A stretch of DNA of 64,000 bases, from the NCBI GenBank assembly GCA_030583785.1, contig CP129475.1, forward strand, positions 95,559 through 159,558, read 5' to 3'. Position 1 is the stretch's first letter. Each line of letters opens with the position of its first letter. Both the position numbers and the translations under genes were made by a program. The notes beneath the pieces are model-generated. The model saw only the letters and a list, made by a program, of their open reading frames with translations, was not told the DNA's origin and searched no databases. The stretch is from Candidatus Dojkabacteria bacterium (GTDB lineage Bacteria > Patescibacteriota > Dojkabacteria > B142 > OLB20). Of the stretch, positions 19,588 through 28,209 are shown one piece after another.

Positions 19588-20868
19588 ATGTCGTCATATA
19601 TCATTACAGGTGGTAAACCACTTAAAGGAAGAATTAAACCGGGTGGCAACAAGAATGCTGCCTTGCCAATTATCGCAGCAAGTCTGCTCACAAATCAAAA
19701 GGTAACTTTGCATAATGTACCTAATATTTCTGATGTTGCAGTTCAGTTGAAGATTTTAAAGAAACTGGGTGCAGAAGTTAAAAGAAACATTGTGAACAAT
19801 ACGGTAGAAATTGAAGCAAAAAATATCACTTCGCATAAACTCAGCAAAGACGATGTTATGAAAACAAGGGGTTCTATTCTCTTTCTTGGCGCTCTTGCTG
19901 GGCGATCTAAAGAAGTAGAGATGTGGTCTCCTGGTGGATGTAATCTTGGTAAAAGACCTGTAGACAGTTATTTGGTAGCTTTAGAAAAACTACATGCACA
20001 AATTGAAATCGAAGATACCTGCTTTAAAGTAAATGCCAAAAACATGAAAGGTTCCAGAGTTTGGTTAAGTGAAAAAGCCGTTACCGGAACAGAAAATGTA
20101 ATTATGGCAGCTGTCTTAACAGATGGAAACACAGAAATTATCAATGCAGCAAGTGAACCTCATGTTCAAGATTTATGCAACTTTCTTAATAAGATGGGTG
20201 CAAAAATTTCAGGAATCGGGAGCGATCATCTGTACATAGAAGGAGTAAATTCCTTAAACGGAACAGAGCATACTATTATGACTGACTTTATGGAGGTGGG
20301 TACATTCATAGCCGCGGCAGCTGTTACTGGTGGTGAAATTACAATCGAAAATGCGATACCCGAACACATGACACAAATAATCGATGAGTTTGCAAAGTTA
20401 GGCGTATCAGTTGAGATAAAAGGTAATGATATTATTGCCAAGCAAGGCGACATGAAAATCAGATCTTATCTAGATGGTTCAATGAACAAAATTGAATGTC
20501 TACCCTGGCCGGCTTTTCCCGCAGACTTGTTACAGTTCATGATCGTTGTTGCTACACAATCACAAGGTCGAATTCTGATTCATGACAAACTATATGAAGG
20601 CAGACTATTCTATACTTCAGAACTAGTAAAGATGGGTGCAGATATTTTCATGGCAGATCCACATAGAATAGTTGTTAATGGAAAAACTGCACTTAAAGGC
20701 AAAGTACTTACTTCACCTGATATTCGTGCAGGCATGTCTCTACTTATTGCTGCTCTTGCTGCAAAAGGTGAAAGTGTTATCGAAAGAGGTGAAATCATAG
20801 AACGAGGTTACGAAAACATTCAAGAAAAATTTTTGGCACTGGGTGCCACAATTAAGAGAATCGAATAA
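19588..20868 (+). CDS. murA: UDP-N-acetylglucosamine 1-carboxyvinyltransferase
   Basis: ITGGKPLKGRIKPGGNKNAALPIIAA N-terminus. The catalytic Cys loop (PGGCNLGKRPVD) is present. 426 aa. Confidence 0.9.
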   Translation: MSSYIITGGKPLKGRIKPGGNKNAALPIIAASLLTNQKVTLHNVPNISDVAVQLKILKKLGAEVKRNIVNNTVEIEAKNITSHKLSKDDVMKTRGSILFLGALAGRSKEVEMWSPGGCNLGKRPVDSYLVALEKLHAQIEIEDTCFKVNAKNMKGSRVWLSEKAVTGTENVIMAAVLTDGNTEIINAASEPHVQDLCNFLNKMGAKISGIGSDHLYIEGVNSLNGTEHTIMTDFMEVGTFIAAAAVTGGEITIENAIPEHMTQIIDEFAKLGVSVEIKGNDIIAKQGDMKIRSYLDGSMNKIECLPWPAFPADLLQFMIVVATQSQGRILIHDKLYEGRLFYTSELVKMGADIFMADPHRIVVNGKTALKGKVLTSPDIRAGMSLLIAALAAKGESVIERGEIIERGYENIQEKFLALGATIKRIE

Positions 20869-20870
20869 AT

Positions 20871-21671
20871 ATGAATCCATTTCGCAAGATATTAAGACTT
20901 ATACTGGGTTTTCTATCTTCGTATGCAATAAAAAAGCATAAAATCGAAGTTATTGTTGTTGCTGGTTGGTATGGTTCCGATATTGCTCGAGAGCTTTCCT
21001 ACACAATCTTAAACGATAACCTTAGAGTCAGAAGGAATACTCAAGAGATTTGGTGGGATTTTTCTATTCCTCTCGCAATCCTTGGTTATAAAGACAAACG
21101 AAGATCTACATATATGTGGTTATTACTTATTTTTAGAGCTTTCGTATATTTAATTATAAGTAAACCCAATCCGCATATACTTCTTCTTAATGCTAACTGT
21201 ACATTCGAGCATACAGCAAAATATTGGGCCTCTATTGTAAAACCAGATACATTAGTCATACTCAATAATAAAAAGGACTCAGTAATCGTTAAGGAACTAC
21301 TTAGATCAATGATTAAGAATAAAAAAGGAAAGTTGGTATATAATTTAAGCGCAATTGATTCGGTTACATTACAAGAACTAAGAAATAATCTCGATTTACA
21401 TACATTCTCGCTAGAAGCTGGCTCTAGTAAAGACATAATTGTCACAAGCAATAAGCAATACCATATAATCTTGTATGGCAAAAAGAAATATACAATTCCT
21501 AAATCAGAACTGCATGGTATAACACCAGAGGTATTAGCTGCTTCTTTGGCTCTTGCAAAATCGTATGGAGTAGATCTAGCAGAAGCATCATTTAGTTTGC
21601 TTAAATTTGAACTTCCGGCATCAATTATTGCTAAAATAAGGACTAATTTAGAAGTTAATAAAGTTCAATAG
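20871..21671 (+). CDS. hypothetical protein, possibly a degenerate Mur-ligase-like N-terminal/central domain
   Basis: HKIEVIVVAGWYGSDIARELSY resembles the Mur ligase P-loop context (VIAVTGTNGKTTT) but has lost the GKT residues. The assignment is weak. Confidence 0.4.
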   Translation: MNPFRKILRLILGFLSSYAIKKHKIEVIVVAGWYGSDIARELSYTILNDNLRVRRNTQEIWWDFSIPLAILGYKDKRRSTYMWLLLIFRAFVYLIISKPNPHILLLNANCTFEHTAKYWASIVKPDTLVILNNKKDSVIVKELLRSMIKNKKGKLVYNLSAIDSVTLQELRNNLDLHTFSLEAGSSKDIIVTSNKQYHIILYGKKKYTIPKSELHGITPEVLAASLALAKSYGVDLAEASFSLLKFELPASIIAKIRTNLEVNKVQ

Positions 21672-22234
21672 AAGAGCTTAACGATGCCGAACAAATTACG
21701 CTGTTTTCCAAAGAAAAGCTTGGCAAGCGAGATTTCTCGAAACTTTATAAGATATATCAGCGCAAGGTATACGAATTTATCCTTAAAAGAGTAAGTCACC
21801 CTCAAACAGCTGAAGATTTAACTGCAGATGTATTCGAGAAAATTCTGAAAAATATCAACGATTTTCAGTGGCAAGGAATAACTGTATCAGCATGGATCTT
21901 CAGAATTGCCAGAAATCATGTTATAGACTATTATCGAAAAAACAGTAAACGCAAAACTGACTCTTCTATTGAAGAAATCGGTCATCTATTAGCTTCGCAC
22001 TCTCCCACAGTCGATAGCGAAATCCAATCAGACGAGGCAGAAATTGGGCTTTATAATTCAATCAGAGAATTAAAAGAAGATGATCAATATTTAGTTTATT
22101 ACAAGTTCTTTGAAGAGTTGTCAAACAAGCAGATATCTGATATTACAGGGTTATCAGAAACAAATATCGGTACCAGACTTCATAGAATCAGAAAGAAGCT
22201 AAAATCATATTTAAGTAAACGGAATATATCATGA
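21662..22234 (+). CDS. ECF-type sigma-70 family sigma factor reading frame with no in-frame ATG/GTG start (possible frameshifted gene or assembly indel)
   Basis: An open frame of about 190 codons encodes sigma region 2 (LYKIYQRKVYEFILKRVSHPQTAEDLTADVFEKI...WIFRIARNHVIDYYRK) and a region 4 HTH (LSNKQISDITGLSETNIGTRLHRIRKKL). It was missed by the ORF track because the frame has no ATG, GTG or early TTG. The nearest ATG (21684) is in the adjacent frame. The stop overlaps the murE ATG. Confidence 0.55.
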   Translation, partial: SSIEELNDAEQITLFSKEKLGKRDFSKLYKIYQRKVYEFILKRVSHPQTAEDLTADVFEKILKNINDFQWQGITVSAWIFRIARNHVIDYYRKNSKRKTDSSIEEIGHLLASHSPTVDSEIQSDEAEIGLYNSIRELKEDDQYLVYYKFFEELSNKQISDITGLSETNIGTRLHRIRKKLKSYLSKRNIS

Positions 22235-23589
22235 CACAAGATCATATAATCCAAAAACTCAAGAATAGATATCACCTTTTACAATCATTGATTGCAAACT
22301 TAAAACACGGTTTTCCGGCAAGGGAACTTAAGGTCATTGCTGTTACAGGGACAGATGGCAAAACCACCACAACATCAATGATTTATCATGTTCTGAAAGA
22401 AGCAGGACTAAAAGTTGGCTACATTTCAACAATCGAAGCAAAAATTGCCGATGAAACACTCGATACTGGGCTTCATGTTACTACTCCAGATCCCTGGGAT
22501 GTTCCGTACTATCTCGACAAAATGAGACGCAAAGGCATAACACATGTGGTGCTTGAATCAACCAGTTCCGGTTTACAGCAAAATCGATTATTTGGAATAA
22601 AATTTGATGCCGCGACAATTACAAATATCAAAACAGATCATCTTGATTACCATGGAACATGGGAAAATTATGCAGCAGCAAAGTACTTAGTTGCCAAAAA
22701 ACTTAAAGAAAAAGGATTATTAGTCCTGAACGGCGACGATAAAAAGTCAGCAGAATGGCTTAAAGAAAAACTCATCGAAGATAAACTTGCAGATAAAATT
22801 CAAATTCAATGGTTCAGAAAAGATATGTTAAGTTCTCTTCAAGAGAAGGTAGATGGAATGTCATTTACCTTTAAGTCAGTTGCTTATCAGTTGCCTGTTA
22901 TCGGCAGCTACAATCAAGAAAATGCTCTTGCGGCAATTTCAATATGTTCCAGATATGTTTCTGAAGACAAGATAGTTAATGCCCTCAAAACTCTTCCGGT
23001 TCCAAAAGGAAGAATGGAAGTCATTCAAAAAGAACCTTATACAATAATAATTGATTTTGCTCATACAGGTCATGCCTTAGATCAAGCCTTAAAAGCGGTA
23101 AGTAATATCAAGCCTTTAAACTCGAATCTAATTACTGTATTTGGATGTGCCGGTCGTAGAGATAGGTCCAGACGAAGCATGGGCGAAATCGCTGCGAGAT
23201 ACTCTGATTCCATTGTTATTACTGCAGAAGATCCTCGTGATGAATCTTTAGCAGAAATAAATAGCGAGATAATCAAATATGCACAAAAGCATAGCGCTTT
23301 ACTAGTGACTCGATTCAAGGACTCAGAGGATTATCAACAAAGAAAAGGCAACTATATTCAAGATCAAAAAAAATCTAAATCTAAGATTTTAATGTACGCA
23401 TTTGATCAAGAAGCTGTCAACAGTCGATTTGATGCCATCGATTTTGCCTGTACCATCGCAGAAAAAGGGGATATAGTTTTTATTACCGGAAAAGCACATG
23501 AACAAAGTCTTGCTTTCGGAAACACTGAATATCCTTGGAGCGACCATGAAGCGGTTGCAAGGGTTATTGCCAATCATGAAAGCAAGTAA
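22231..23589 (+). CDS. murE: UDP-N-acetylmuramoyl-L-alanyl-D-glutamate--2,6-diaminopimelate (or L-lysine) ligase MurE
   Basis: Mur ligase P-loop VIAVTGTDGKTTTTSMI, DHLDYHGTWENYAAAK central-domain motif and a C-terminal domain. 452 aa. Confidence 0.8.
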   Translation: MTQDHIIQKLKNRYHLLQSLIANLKHGFPARELKVIAVTGTDGKTTTTSMIYHVLKEAGLKVGYISTIEAKIADETLDTGLHVTTPDPWDVPYYLDKMRRKGITHVVLESTSSGLQQNRLFGIKFDAATITNIKTDHLDYHGTWENYAAAKYLVAKKLKEKGLLVLNGDDKKSAEWLKEKLIEDKLADKIQIQWFRKDMLSSLQEKVDGMSFTFKSVAYQLPVIGSYNQENALAAISICSRYVSEDKIVNALKTLPVPKGRMEVIQKEPYTIIIDFAHTGHALDQALKAVSNIKPLNSNLITVFGCAGRRDRSRRSMGEIAARYSDSIVITAEDPRDESLAEINSEIIKYAQKHSALLVTRFKDSEDYQQRKGNYIQDQKKSKSKILMYAFDQEAVNSRFDAIDFACTIAEKGDIVFITGKAHEQSLAFGNTEYPWSDHEAVARVIANHESK

Positions 23590-24532
23590 GCAATCAATAC
23601 TCGCTGTAGTAGGTCCAACTGCATCAGGAAAGTCAGACTTCGCTTTAGAGTTAGCCGAAAAACTTCACGGAGAGATTATTAACCTAGACTCAAGACAAGT
23701 CTATAAGTATCTAGACATAGGCACCAACAAAGACCCCCTTTCAGACTCTGAAGAGTATATTGAAAAGAATGGTCACAAAATCTATTGTAAGTTGATTATG
23801 AACAAGCAGAAAGCTTGGTTATTTGATATCGTTACTCCAGATCAGAGTTTTACCTTATCAGATTACCTCGAGCTGGCACAAATTGTGATTGACGACTGCC
23901 TGCGCCGGAATGTTACACCAATCTTAGTAGGAGGGACTGGACTATATCTTGATGGGTTAATCAAAGGGTATAACTTAACAACAAAACCCGATATTCAATT
24001 AAGGCAGAAGTTAAACTCTTTATCAGTAGAAAAACTCTTTGAAATCTATAAGGAAAAGCATTTAGAAGATGCCCTTTCACTCAATAACAGCGATAAAAAA
24101 AACAAGGTAAGGCTTATTAGACTTATCGAGAAGGACGGTAAAGTCGAAAGTAACTCAGATTCAAAATATAATATTGTTATTTTATATCCGAAATTCATAA
24201 GGTCGGAATTATTTAATAAGATAGATGAGCGTTCGCGAAAAATGTATGAACAAGGTCTTATTACAGAGGTTACAAAGGCTATTGAAATGGGCTACAAACT
24301 GTCAAAACCGTTAATGGGTAATACCTATGCCGAGGCAATCAGATGTATAAAAAAAGAAATATCGATGGATGATGCAATTAGAATAACTGCTGTAAAACAT
24401 AGACAGTATGCAACTAGGCAAATTACTTGGTTTGAAGGGGAGGGAAGAGGATACAAATTAAATAAGTTAACTTTCTCGCCAGAATCAATCACAGAAGCAA
24501 TAGGTATTTGGGAAAAAGAAAAGAATCAGTAG
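23576..24532 (+). CDS. miaA: tRNA dimethylallyltransferase MiaA
   Basis: P-loop VVGPTASGKS plus DSRQVYKYLDIGTNK. I placed the start at the internal ATG (23576) because MiaA begins just before the P-loop. The overlap with murE is about 14 nt. Confidence 0.88.
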   Translation: MKASKQSILAVVGPTASGKSDFALELAEKLHGEIINLDSRQVYKYLDIGTNKDPLSDSEEYIEKNGHKIYCKLIMNKQKAWLFDIVTPDQSFTLSDYLELAQIVIDDCLRRNVTPILVGGTGLYLDGLIKGYNLTTKPDIQLRQKLNSLSVEKLFEIYKEKHLEDALSLNNSDKKNKVRLIRLIEKDGKVESNSDSKYNIVILYPKFIRSELFNKIDERSRKMYEQGLITEVTKAIEMGYKLSKPLMGNTYAEAIRCIKKEISMDDAIRITAVKHRQYATRQITWFEGEGRGYKLNKLTFSPESITEAIGIWEKEKNQ

Positions 24533-24571
24533 GCTTGAGCTCATTTTTTACCTGAAGTAAAATAGAAGCAA

Positions 24572-25489
24572 ATGAAATCATTCTCTAAATTCGCCTTCAT
24601 TGCTCTGTTTATAAGCGCAGGGGCTGTAGCTTTAGCGCTTGCATATTTCGTCTTTAACTTTCTCTCAAGCTTAAACAGCAAGCCAGAAAGGAATTTTATA
24701 AATAGTTTTCAAATTGAATCCTCAAGTTGTCTAGAAAATGAAGTATTCGACGAAGAATATAGAATTTGTTTACCCGTTTGCGATGATGGCTGCCCAAACA
24801 TTCAGAATAATATTGGTGATATGATAAGAATAGCCAATGACAATAAAGCAGAATTTTCAACAGATGGAAATGTCGCCAACAAAAGAAAGATTTCTTCATA
24901 TGTGATAGACAGCAATAATTTTGATCTTAGGTCACAAAGGCTGTATACAACACTTGAAAAGAAGAAAACTTCAATCGAACAGGTTGCGTCGCAAAGAAAT
25001 GCTTGGAAAAGGCTTAGCGAAATAATGTTACCATATCAAAGAAAGAGTATTGAAGAGTTGTATTTTTATCAAGAGAAGGCAGACCAAACAGCCTTATTAT
25101 TAGACAAGATTGATAAAGACAAGAACCAATTATGGCTGAATCATAATTTCTTAATTGATTTTGAAAACCGGATAGTCGAAGAAAATCTTGATGTAACAGT
25201 GATTAGCTTTACTGGATTATACTTAATGAATTACGATTATTATACGATTTTCTCTGAGATGTATCCCTATTCAACTGAAATTAAACCAGTAGAGTTTAAA
25301 GGGACATTTGTTTCAAGCAAAGCCAGAAACTCTGTACAAGCAGATTTCATAGATTCATTTACAAATTTTGTTTTGAGGAATAAGCCTTTAGGTGGATCAA
25401 TTGCAGACGAGAAGGTTAGATTTTTCTATGATTATCCAGAATTAATTAATTTACGAGACTACTTAAGAGGAAGGCTTTTCAATAAATGA
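24572..25489 (+). CDS. membrane-anchored hypothetical protein
   Basis: N-terminal TM helix and a Cys-containing extracellular region. I recognise no motifs. Confidence 0.5.
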   Translation: MKSFSKFAFIALFISAGAVALALAYFVFNFLSSLNSKPERNFINSFQIESSSCLENEVFDEEYRICLPVCDDGCPNIQNNIGDMIRIANDNKAEFSTDGNVANKRKISSYVIDSNNFDLRSQRLYTTLEKKKTSIEQVASQRNAWKRLSEIMLPYQRKSIEELYFYQEKADQTALLLDKIDKDKNQLWLNHNFLIDFENRIVEENLDVTVISFTGLYLMNYDYYTIFSEMYPYSTEIKPVEFKGTFVSSKARNSVQADFIDSFTNFVLRNKPLGGSIADEKVRFFYDYPELINLRDYLRGRLFNK

Positions 25490-25983
25490 TTGTTTTATTA
25501 CCGGGTTTCTCAGCTAAAAATAAAATATGGGCAGAACAGTTGCAGAATGATTTACAAGAAATGGGATTGAAGATCCAAGTTCAAAATTGGCGTCATTGGG
25601 ATGACAATTCTGAATCATTTAAAATAGAAGCAGAAACCGAGGCTTTTCTCGGTGCAGTTAATGATGAAGAGGTTATTGTTCTTGCAAAATCAATCGGTAC
25701 CAGATTGATTATCGAGTTACTTAGAAAGCATCCAGACAAGTTTAATGCCAAGCAGGTTATTCTTATGGGAATACCAGAAAAGCATGAGCACTATATCGAG
25801 GTTTTAAAATCAAAGAGTAATCTCTTTCAAATAATTCAGAATTATCAAGATCCATATCTTTCTTACGCTGATCTTGTCGAATGGCTCAAATCAAACAATA
25901 TTGATATAGATGTGATTAAAGGAGATAGAAATGACCACGATTATCCTTACCCCGAATTGCTATATGAGCTCTGCAAAAAGTAG
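25486..25983 (+). CDS. small alpha/beta-hydrolase-fold serine hydrolase (YdeN/RBBP9-like)
   Basis: 165 aa. VLLPGFSA start and AKSIGT nucleophile elbow, typical of short esterase-like hydrolases. Confidence 0.55.
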   Translation: MIVLLPGFSAKNKIWAEQLQNDLQEMGLKIQVQNWRHWDDNSESFKIEAETEAFLGAVNDEEVIVLAKSIGTRLIIELLRKHPDKFNAKQVILMGIPEKHEHYIEVLKSKSNLFQIIQNYQDPYLSYADLVEWLKSNNIDIDVIKGDRNDHDYPYPELLYELCKK

Positions 25984-26027
25984 GTGTAACCAAATTAGTC
26001 TAATATATTATTTATTAAGTAATTTAT

Positions 26028-26801
26028 ATGCCCCCATTTCTTCGTGAGTACATAAAGAGCCTAGTCACCTTTGTAAGTAAGTCGACTTATGTTTTTGTTC
26101 TTGTCTTACTTGTTGTCGTCTTTGCTTCAATGCAACTTAATACCTTGTATCAAGTTGAACAAGCCGGATTCTATCGTGTCACGGCGATGGCAAAACGAGA
26201 AGTCACTCCTGACATCATTAATGTGACAATCGGTAGCAAGGTTGAAGGAGACAACATAGTTGCTATTCAAGAGAAAGCAAATCAAAGTGTTAACAAAACA
26301 GTAGAGGCCATTAAGGCTCTTGGTATTAAAGAGGAGAATATAAAAACACTAAATTACAATGTCAATCCAGTTTACGACTACGAAAAAGGAACAATTAGAA
26401 CCTATTCTGTTGATGTTTCTGTAAATGTGAAGATCGAAGATGTAAAATCCGAAGATAACTTAGCAGGGGATGTTTTAAGGGTTGCTGCTGAAAACAATCT
26501 TAACGAGGTGCGTTCACTCTATTACGAGGTAAGCAATAGAGAAGAAATACTTGCAGAACTCAAACTAGAAGCAATTGCTAACGCCAAAGCAAAGAAAGAT
26601 CAAGAAGCAAAGGCCTCTGGAATCAGACTTGGAGAGCTCAAGAATGTTGAGGATGGTTATGCAAACTCACCATATCCATTTGAATACAGAGGAATAGATG
26701 CTGTTGCCTCTGTTTCTGAACAAGATTCGACTAAAGCTGTTGTCTCACCTGGCGAAACCGAACTTACATTTAGTGTAACTCTGGTCTACCAGATACTATA
26801 A
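26028..26801 (+). CDS. SIMPL/DUF541-family periplasmic protein
   Basis: TM anchor, a repeated beta-alpha pattern and the ELKLEAIANAKAKKDQEAKASGIRLGEL segment typical of SIMPL (26 kDa periplasmic immunogenic protein) family. Confidence 0.6.
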   Translation: MPPFLREYIKSLVTFVSKSTYVFVLVLLVVVFASMQLNTLYQVEQAGFYRVTAMAKREVTPDIINVTIGSKVEGDNIVAIQEKANQSVNKTVEAIKALGIKEENIKTLNYNVNPVYDYEKGTIRTYSVDVSVNVKIEDVKSEDNLAGDVLRVAAENNLNEVRSLYYEVSNREEILAELKLEAIANAKAKKDQEAKASGIRLGELKNVEDGYANSPYPFEYRGIDAVASVSEQDSTKAVVSPGETELTFSVTLVYQIL

Positions 26802-26818
26802 ACATAGATGACACAGTT

Positions 26819-26846
26819 AGCATGAGCCGCTATCGCGGCTCATGCT
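26819..26846. terminator. hairpin between convergent genes
   Basis: AGCATGAGCCGC-tat-GCGGCTCATGCT is a 12-bp perfect stem, partly overlapping the 3' end of the minus-strand exonuclease gene. Confidence 0.55.
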
Positions 26847-28209
26847 CTTTAATATCGAGATGCTTCATTTTCTTTAGAGCCATTTGCAATATTCTATATA
26901 TGTCAAAATCGAATCTTTTTTCGTATTCTGCCGTATTTGTTACAACATGAGCATTAATCTGTTTAGAACCGATTAGGCACCAATCATCAAAGGAATACTT
27001 ACAGGTGATCTCTTCTCGTTTCTCTGTGATGGTGATAGCTCCCTGCCAAGGCCAATTCTGCAATTTATATTGGGCAAAAACATTTTCAATAATATGATTA
27101 TGATCTGCAGCACTAATGTTTTGATTACATGCTCCATTACACTTGCCAAGTTTAAATGCAAAACAGCTACCTTTGCTTTTCTCAAGTCCCAAATATTTAT
27201 GACAAAGCATGTGCTCTTCAGCTTTCGTTCTTAGAAAGCGAAGAAGTTCGTTTTTTGAATAAAAAATCGCATATACAGAGTTTAAGTTATGGAAATCTAG
27301 GTCTGCGACTTCTTTAATTAACATCTGAATATACCCCATAGAATCGTATGACCTTTCTAGTATGTAGAAGCTTTCTTTTTTTCTGAGTAATTTATTATAA
27401 ACCGGGCGAAAGTTTTTTATGGCTAGGACTTCGTCAATTAATGCACTAAATTCACCAGCAGTCGGTAGTACTTCAATTTTATGCATAGCTTTAAGGATTC
27501 TATCATCTCCATTATGAAGGTGACTATTAATTCTTGATCTTAGGTTGATACTCTTGCCTACATAAACAGGGTAATTGTTTTCATCTCGAAAGATGTAAAT
27601 CCCGGGGCTTTGAGGGTATTTAAGATTTGAGTTAATATCACGACTCATAGAGTCAATTAGTGTTAAGACATATTCTTTTGTAAAGTCTTTGTACGCCTGA
27701 TCCAGAAAACTCTTTATAACAAGGGCATCATCAAGGGCACGGTGACGATTCTCAACTTGTATATTTAAACGACTCACTATGCTATCAAGTCCATGCTTTC
27801 TATAATTCGGGTAGAGTTTTCTCGACAGACGCACACTGCAAGCGTATGTTAACCTTCGCTGAACTTTTGATCTTGTAAGTTCTTGATTTAGAAAGGAGAT
27901 GTCGAAAAGTGCATTGTGTGCAATTAGTAAGTGGTCTCCAATAAAATCAGATACCTGATTGGCAATTTCAGAGAAAGTATTGGAGTTTTGAACATCAACT
28001 TCATTTATGCCCGTAAGTCCGCTGATGAACTCTGGAATTCTTTGTTCTGGATTTAATAAGGTTGAGAATTGGTCTTCGATCTTATTGTCAATTATCTTGA
28101 CCATTGCAATTTCAATTATGCGGTCTTTGTCTGCATTGACGCCGGTTGTTTCGATATCAAGAAGAATAATTGGTCTTTTCAAATTGTCTGATATTATATG
28201 ATTATGCAA
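26830..28209 (-). CDS. DEDDh 3'-5' exonuclease (DnaQ-like) fused to a GIY-YIG nuclease domain
   Basis: ILLDIETTG (Exo I), AHNALFDISFL (Exo III region with H), then GIYIFRDENNYPVYVGKSINLRSRINSH (GIY-YIG). The C-terminus is Cys-rich (CFAFKLGKCNGAC). Confidence 0.75.
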   Translation of the reverse strand: MHNHIISDNLKRPIILLDIETTGVNADKDRIIEIAMVKIIDNKIEDQFSTLLNPEQRIPEFISGLTGINEVDVQNSNTFSEIANQVSDFIGDHLLIAHNALFDISFLNQELTRSKVQRRLTYACSVRLSRKLYPNYRKHGLDSIVSRLNIQVENRHRALDDALVIKSFLDQAYKDFTKEYVLTLIDSMSRDINSNLKYPQSPGIYIFRDENNYPVYVGKSINLRSRINSHLHNGDDRILKAMHKIEVLPTAGEFSALIDEVLAIKNFRPVYNKLLRKKESFYILERSYDSMGYIQMLIKEVADLDFHNLNSVYAIFYSKNELLRFLRTKAEEHMLCHKYLGLEKSKGSCFAFKLGKCNGACNQNISAADHNHIIENVFAQYKLQNWPWQGAITITEKREEITCKYSFDDWCLIGSKQINAHVVTNTAEYEKRFDFDIYRILQMALKKMKHLDIKEHEPR

